Assembly: GCA_964019335.1 (NCBI GenBank)
Contig: OZ025648.1
Span: 124,001-188,000, forward strand
Direction: 5' to 3'
DNA length: 64,000 nucleotides
Source: Diplonema japonicum
Lineage: Eukaryota; Protista; Euglenozoa: Diplonemea
The notes beneath the pieces were generated by a model, which saw nothing but the letters and a program-made list of their open reading frames with translations, searched no databases and had not been told where the DNA came from. Both the position numbers and the translations under genes were made by a program. Below, in pieces: positions 57,428-64,000 of the stretch. Numbering within the stretch: the first letter of the stretch is position 1; each line of letters starts with the position of its first letter.

Positions 57428-57713
57428 ATAGTTGGTCGATGAAGAAGGTAACCCTCCTTCCTGTACCCTTCCGGGGAAGCCTCTTTTTCCTGCAGATTTT
57501 TGTTTTCAAGATGCTCTTCGGTGGTGTGTCCTCGTAGCTCTCCCCTTCGCTGCTGTAGAGCCATTCCCTCTCAGACGAGTTCAGCGACGATACCTCGTTT
57601 GCAGGGCTCTCGGACCTGACCGCCTGCCGGGTGCTGCTCACCCTCTTTTCCTGCATAGCCCCCAGCCTGTTCAGGAGCATACCCATCATTTCCACACACT
57701 CCTTGCGCGACAT
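57426..57713 (-). CDS. Small hypothetical protein ending in SILK...RVxF (PP1-docking-like)
   Basis: 95-aa ORF with 'KSILK' and 'RRVTF'; paralog at the right edge of the window. Confidence 0.6.
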
Positions 57714-58595
57714 GTTTTCTGGTTAGAAACGACCTGAGAGTGAAGAGGTTAATCAGGGAGAGAACTTAATAAGAAGCTTTGAACATAAAGGGAGGAAGAA
57801 TAAGAAAGGAGAGAGATGGGCAAAGCAGGGAGGGGTGTCTTTGGAAAGAATGAAAAAAGGAAAAAAAAAAAAAAAAAAAAAGAAAGGCCAACACGTGTCA
57901 CCTCATATGGTTTGTCTGGAATAGAATAAATAAATAAAATAAAAAAAAAAACCATAATTCTGCTGTGGGGGGAACACAGTACCCCATAGGTGTGGTGGAT
58001 AAGGCTATAGTAGTGGTAGCTTACTATGACCGGTGGGGGGGTATTTTTTTTTTTTTTAGCAGCAACCTCCTTAGGTTGGCTGCAGATATTGTGTGAACCA
58101 CGAGAATATAAGCATAAGGAAATAACTAACAAAATAGAAAAAAAGAAAAAAAAAACCCAGACGTCTTTTAGTTGATTCGTTTCTACACCACCTTTTAAGT
58201 AATCAAGGAAAGGAGAAAATTCAAAAGAAGAAAGTGAACTAGGGGGGGAGGGGGGGGATCAGGACCGCAAAAAAAAAAATTATTTCTCATTTTTTTTTTT
58301 TTTTTTTTTTTTGTATTCTACACAACGGGATAATTCGTGTTTTTTCCCATAAATAAAATCTTAAACCGCTTGGCTCCACCATGTGTCTATTTAAGACCTC
58401 TGAGCTTGTTTTGTTGGGTGCATCCTGTCAAAACCCTGTTATTAATCGCAGCGTGCGCCAAAGGGGTGGTATCACGTTTTCTTCTTTCATGGTCTACAAC
58501 ACCACAGGTGCTCTTATCCCTCAGAGACAAAAAGACGCCTTTTACGAGATTTTATTTTTGGGATTAATAAAAAAAAAAAAAAAAAAAAAATCTTA

Positions 58596-60422
58596 TTTCA
58601 CTCTTCGTCATTTTCTTCACTCACTAGGGGCCTCATTATTTAACGCGAAATGGCCATTATTTTAACTACCGGATTTGTCTGATATTGTTCAGTTTAATAA
58701 TGGTCTGGGGATTTAGTGTACTGTATAAATTATGTACCTTTTTCGGATTTTGGACCCAACTTGGGACTTTTTACAGAACAATACAAAAAACTATTTTAAT
58801 TATTTTTGGCCTGACCCCCCTCCCCCCCAGGACAGGCCCCACTAAAATCAAAGCCACGTTTGTGGTGTACAAGATCTACTTTTTGGTTTCCATTTTCAAA
58901 ACAAGGTACGCGGACGCCCTGAAGGCCCAGATAAAGAAAGAGCGGAAAAGACACAGAAGAGAAGCCCTTCTTACTGCTGTTGGTCCGGCTTCTGTTCCCG
59001 TTAGTCCTGTTGCCGCGCCTGGTGCTTCTGTTGTTGCCGGTCCTGTGGTTTCTGTTGTCGGTCCCGTTGCTTCTGTTGCCAACCCCGTGCCTCCCCTGCT
59101 GCCCCGACACCTTCACAGATTGCAAAATCAGCAATGCTAGAGGTTGACAAAAGGACAAAGATTATGCGTCCTTTTGTTCTTGCCTGGGGTGTCGAGGCTT
59201 ACCGCAAGCTAACAATCCGGGCAGGGTTCGCTTACCTTTTTAACGATCTCCCACCCGGGTCTGCATCCGTGACCCCGCCCACTGAGGACGTTCCTGCGCC
59301 CTCGCCTGGCCCTCCGCCCCCGCCTTCCGAGGTCGAGCTGGTTCGAGAAGCTGGGTGCAGATGCAGGAATTGACCCGATGGAGATTGATCCATTGGAGCC
59401 ATTGGGACTGTCGGTCGACCCGGAACCAGCACCCGAAGACCCGGACATTGAGATCACTGAGATGTTCAGCAGGCTGGGCACCTCGACATAGAGGCCATTT
59501 CTGATGCGCCTTCTTCTGACGAAGAAGCAGAAGAAGAAGAAATGCCTGACCAAGAAGCCTCAGCCCCAAGCCAAGCAGCGGCACCAAGCCAAGTGACCCC
59601 AAGCCAGCGAACGAACAACGTGACGAGGGTGCCCTGCAGCGCAACCCTCAAGCAGGTTAGAAAGGAGACCAGTGTGGGAGTGCACGGAATGCTCTGGTGA
59701 GCATGACATGAGCCCCCGCGGGAGGGTCTGCCCGTCCTGCGACTATGTGGTGTGCTTTACGTGCAGGACTGGGCAATAGTGAACTAGAATTGCGGTAATA
59801 CCACCCCCCCTCCCCGGCTGGGTATTTTGTTTTTGTCTTGGGATTTTTATTTTTAGGGATATTTTCTGGGATTTGTTTTATTTTTGTAATTTTTATGTTC
59901 TGTTTTAATGGTTCTGTAAATATTATGTACCTTTTTCGAATTTTTTGCCCAATTTGGGACTTTTCACATAACAAAAAAAGTACAAATCCGGTAGTTAAAT
60001 AATGAGATTTTGCAGTTAGATTGATGGGGCTTCAGAGTGAAAAAAATAGGTTTTGTCGTGGAAAAAAATGTACCCAACCCCTTAAAAAATCCTTTTGGGG
60101 TGGGGGTATTTTGACTATCTTTGGCCATCTGAGGCCATTCCAGTCCTTAAAAGTGGGAATAAGTGCTTTGCTTCCGCTTAAAATGCCACGGCGAAATAGC
60201 TACCCATATTACCTTAGGAAAACCCCCAAAAAGGCTGACCTGCGTGAAAAAAAAAAAACAGCAGTGCAAGCAGTGAAGAGTGAGTGACTCAAATGACGAA
60301 GAGTGAAATAAAACGACTTACTGCCGCCAAATGAGCCATTATTTAACACTCGTTACCGTTTTTTTTTAAATTCGGGGAACTCGAGTTAAATAATGACTCA
60401 TAATTTGTTGGCAATAAATAGC
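58596..60422 (+). mobile_element. Non-autonomous DNA element (same family as 15931-16445) interrupted by a nested transposon
   Basis: ATTTCACTCTTCGTCATTT / AAATGACGAAGAGTGAAAT inverted repeat; ends CAATAAATAGC. Confidence 0.8.
58669..59991 (+). mobile_element. Nested TIR transposon with TA TSD (Tc1/mariner/pogo-like termini), degenerate internal ORF
   Basis: TA-CCGGATTTGT ... ACAAATCCGG-TA; empty site TTAAC-TA-GTTAA at 16014-16025; internal fragment 'WECTEC..CPSCDYVVCFTC'. Confidence 0.8.
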
Positions 60423-60464
60423 TATTATTAAATATCCCAGGTCTACAACGAGAAAGTTCACAAA

Positions 60465-60496
<32 letters not shown>

Positions 60497-60714
60497 AGAA
60501 AAGACGGACTGACCCCATATAAATAAGACAAGGGCCTGGTCAGCCCACTGTGCAATAGTATACGAGAGCCACGCTCACCGTGTTTTTTTCTTTTTTTTTT
60601 TCTTTCTTCTTCTCCCCGTTTTTCACATTTCTTTCTTCTTTCTTTCTCTTCTTTTTTTTCTTTCTTCTCCCATTTATTTTTTCTGTTTTCTTTTTCGTGG
60701 CACAACCGCATTTC

Positions 60715-60758
<44 letters not shown>

Positions 60759-60988
60759 ATTTTCTTTTTTTTTTTTACATTGTATTGTTAACCCTTCGAA
60801 AAAAGAGCTAAAAAAAAAGCTGGTAACTTACCAGAAGGTTATTTCTTGTCCCACAACAACCTGCAAACCCGGGGTTGTGTGTAACGGTGTTTTACTGTTT
60901 TTTTTTTTTTTTAAAGCTATTTTCTTTGGGGTCTAACCTAGAATCAAGCAGCTTTTAAAATACGGTATAATATTCATTTGCGCACGGG

Positions 60989-61022
<34 letters not shown>

Positions 61023-61124
61023 AGAAGCTTTAGGCGGGGAATAATATCTTTTTTTTTTTTCTTTCATTCTTTCTTTCTTTTTCTTTTTTCTTTTTTTTTT
61101 TTTTTGAACGATAACAGAAGAAGG

Positions 61125-61183
<59 letters not shown>

Positions 61184-62072
61184 AACTTACAAGTTAACTC
61201 TTTTTTCCATTTTCTTTTTCCTTATAGGATGAACTTCGGTTGCAACTCACAGTTATAAGTGCAACAAGTAGATTGAAGAGGGGAGGGGAAAAGGAGGGAG
61301 AGTGGGGTGGGGGGATAACCACTGTATTCAGCTATATATATCTATTAAAAGTCAGATGCTCTGGCGTCACTTGCGTTCCGTGGATTAAATCGTTTTGTGT
61401 GTTTTCTTTCTTTCTTTTTTTTGCATCACTAGCCACCCTACTCATTAAGCCACCACTGTATGTGCGACCATAGCTTCTGACATTCAAAGAGATACTATCT
61501 TATATTTAATAAAAGATCACTCAAAAGGTAAAAAAAAACAAAAAAAATGAGGGATGCGGCAGGAAATTTCATGTTGTTTCCCCCCCCTCCCCTTTCCTTA
61601 ACTTCTCACTAGCAAAGAAAGAAAATATTTTTCTTTCTTTCTTTTTAAGCTGAAGAACCCATTTTTTATTTTACCTTGAGAATGATATCCTGGAATTAAA
61701 AAAAAAGGGGGGAGGGGGGAGAAACCGAGAAAGGGGGGAAATAAAGTGAAAGGAGAGCTCCGCACAAAGCGGGTTCCCCTTTCACCTCCTTCCCCATTCC
61801 TTGTTTTTCACGTTGGGTGCCCTCTCCATCTGTTGAGGGGTCATAGGTGTGATAAAAGCAGGGGTAGAATTTAAGAAAAAAAAAAAGTGGGAGGTGATTT
61901 TTTTTTTCCCCCTCGAAAGGAATTAACATGGCACAGAATCACACACGAGGGACAACCGCGATGGACCGCAACCCCTTTGTGATTCTTTTCCCCAGTGTGT
62001 GAAAGAAAAAAAAAAAAGGCGATGTTTAAGGGCAAATCCCACTCGAGGACCACCCTTAGGGGGGGTGGGGGT

Positions 62073-62955
62073 CTATCTCTTGATGCTTCCTTTTTGGAGC
62101 CTCGCTTTCGTTCCGATGGCGGATACCAGTGTCTTTCGCAGACGGTTGATGCGGTCCTTCTTCAGGTTGGTCTTCAGCTCTCTTAGCCTGTCCTGGGTTT
62201 CTCGTGAGGCGAAGATCGGTCTCCTTGCAAAGCCTATCGCCGCCTTCCCTCCTATTGCCATGAGGGACTTCACTCTCGTTTTGTTCTTCGCCGGGAAAGG
62301 CCTTTTCCTTCCTTGTAATGCGCACCTGTCGTTCACCTTTTGGATCAGTTTCTTGATCCTTCGCGCCTTTTCATCCTGCGTCATTCCCAGCGATCTTCGT
62401 GTCGTCGCTTCGAAGTCTAGGGCTAACTCCACCGCCGTCACCTCCGACGTCGTGTCTTCTTTAACCCATCTTAGCTCCGACATCCATTTCAACAGCGACT
62501 CCGCGTACATCCGCAGTATCCCACTTGTCGTCCCGAGCTGTTCCAACGTCGGCGTCAAGTGCTTTACTCCTACCACTTTCCGTTCCCACGGCAGTTCTCC
62601 TCCAAAATCCTCCACTTGGATCAGTTCTTCATCACGTTTTGCTACTATCATCGCCAGGTACCTCTGCAACCTCTCCAGGTGTGCAAATCCGTGCCCCCTC
62701 GGCAAGATCCCGTGCAGTTCCAGGCAGAGAGGCCAGCCCGACCTGTCGCGTAGCGGTTCCAACCCGTCCCTCGCCAGCTCTTCCAGCGCAAGTGGGCATT
62801 CGTACAGCTGGTGCCGTAGCAGCGTCACTGTGTTCTGGTGTACTGCTGTGCATATGTCGCATCTATAATTCTGAGGAAGCATTGTCTCTCCGGGTGGTCT
62901 CCCGTCCTCTCTTTTCAAGTCATCATTGTCCGGTTCCTCTTCCTCACTTGCCGGG
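62073..62955 (-). pseudogene. Probable non-LTR retrotransposon C-terminal fragment
   Basis: 'CDIC...HQLYEC' zinc finger, 'WPLCLELHGILP' and 'ELALDFEA'; embedded in A-tracts, no RT retained. Confidence 0.5.
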
Positions 62956-63902
62956 TCGAAAAAAAAAAAGAAAAAAAAAGAAAAAAAAATAAAATTAAAC
63001 ACTGTCCCCTCCCTCACCTAAAGTTGTGATGACAAACTTCGGACAACATAAAAAAAAAAAAAAAAAAAACCTTGCAACACTCACAGACGGGAGTCCTGAG
63101 CGGTCTAAAATGTGTAGCCGTGTCAGGAGCCCAAAGTGTAGTGTGGCAAATTCTCTCTTTTTTTTTTATTTATTTCTTTTTCTTTTTATATTAATTGTCA
63201 GTTATCATCACTAGGTGTTAACAGGGCTCGGGCAGAGTGGTTTTTTTTCTTCTTCTCCCTTTTTTTTTTTTTAAAGCTGTATTTAACAAGTACTGCTCAG
63301 TTACTCATGCGAGAAAAAAGAGTAGTAGTAGCTCAAAAACCGACTCGCTTTCTTTTTGTGTTCAAAAAGGGTGAGAATGGGAACCCAAAAAAAAAAAGAA
63401 AGAAAAAAAAAACCCCAAAAGAATTTCCTCATTTTTTCCTTTTTTTTTAAGTTTCAACGTGCGAAAGAAAAAGGTTTCTATCACAGCAAATCAAAACCGA
63501 GAAAAAAAAATAATTCAATATGACTATATATCTTTGTTACGAGCAAAAAAAAAAAAAAGAAAAAAAAAAAAAAGCTGCGAAACGTCTTTTTGCTCGGCAC
63601 AAGTTATATAGCTATAAAATCATTTTTTTTTCTTTTACTTTTTTTTCTTTTGAAAAGTTAAATATTTGTAACAGAAAGAATTATTAAAATTCTACTTTTT
63701 TTTTTTTTTTTCTTCTTCTTCTTCTTTTTCTTCCACACAGGAAAGCGTTTCCCTGTTAACTGTATATTCTTCTTCTTCTTCTTTCTTTTCTTTCATCCTG
63801 CAAACCAACCGACCCAACCCAGAGAGACTCCTGGACCGCTTACTTTCCTGAATCAAGGACAAGGACAGTTTTATTTAAAAAAAAAAAAAAAGCCGAGAGA
63901 TG

Positions 63903-64000
63903 TCATAAATCTTCGCTGAAGGACACCCTCCTTCCTGTACCCTTCCGGGGAAGCCTCTTTTTCCTGCAGATTTTTGTTTTCAAGATGCTCTTCGGTGGTG
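63903..64000 (-). CDS. 3' end of a paralog of the 57426-57713 gene (partial)
   Basis: 63926-64000 is identical to 57452-57526; ends RRVSFSEDL*. Confidence 0.6.
   Translation of the reverse strand, partial: PPKSILKTKICRKKRLPRKGTGRRVSFSEDL

Overview
Eukaryotic genomic DNA, most likely from a diplonemid (Euglenozoa). This is inferred from about 25 host genes all on the minus strand, tiny 29-49 nt GT-AG introns with GT[A/G/T]TG donors, homopolymer-rich spacers and Ingi/I-group-like retroelements. Host genes include THI4, an AGC kinase with SAM/PDZ domains, an NPP-alkaline phosphatase fusion, SRPK, bromodomain and SET proteins, cyclophilin, ankyrin and EF-hand proteins, and a bacterial-type DNA alkylation repair protein. 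The main discovery is the 28-49 kb tRNA cluster (Val-TAC, Thr-AGT x2, Glu-TTC, Ile-AAT). Non-LTR retroelements have inserted immediately 5' of four different tRNA genes, co-oriented with the tRNA, each with a target-site duplication (TSD) of that tRNA's own 5' flank, and stacked repeatedly at three of them. This indicates position-specific tRNA-gene targeting. The near-intact 7.6 kb APE-RT-RNaseH element has ORF1 and ORF2 in the same frame, separated by one UGA. The UGA is followed by a frame-conserved, synonymously evolving linker, a covarying stem-loop and a 2A-like (ETNPGP) motif, suggesting combined stop-codon readthrough and StopGo recoding. DNA-transposon-like repeats are also present, including a nested TA-TSD insertion whose empty site lies in the same window.
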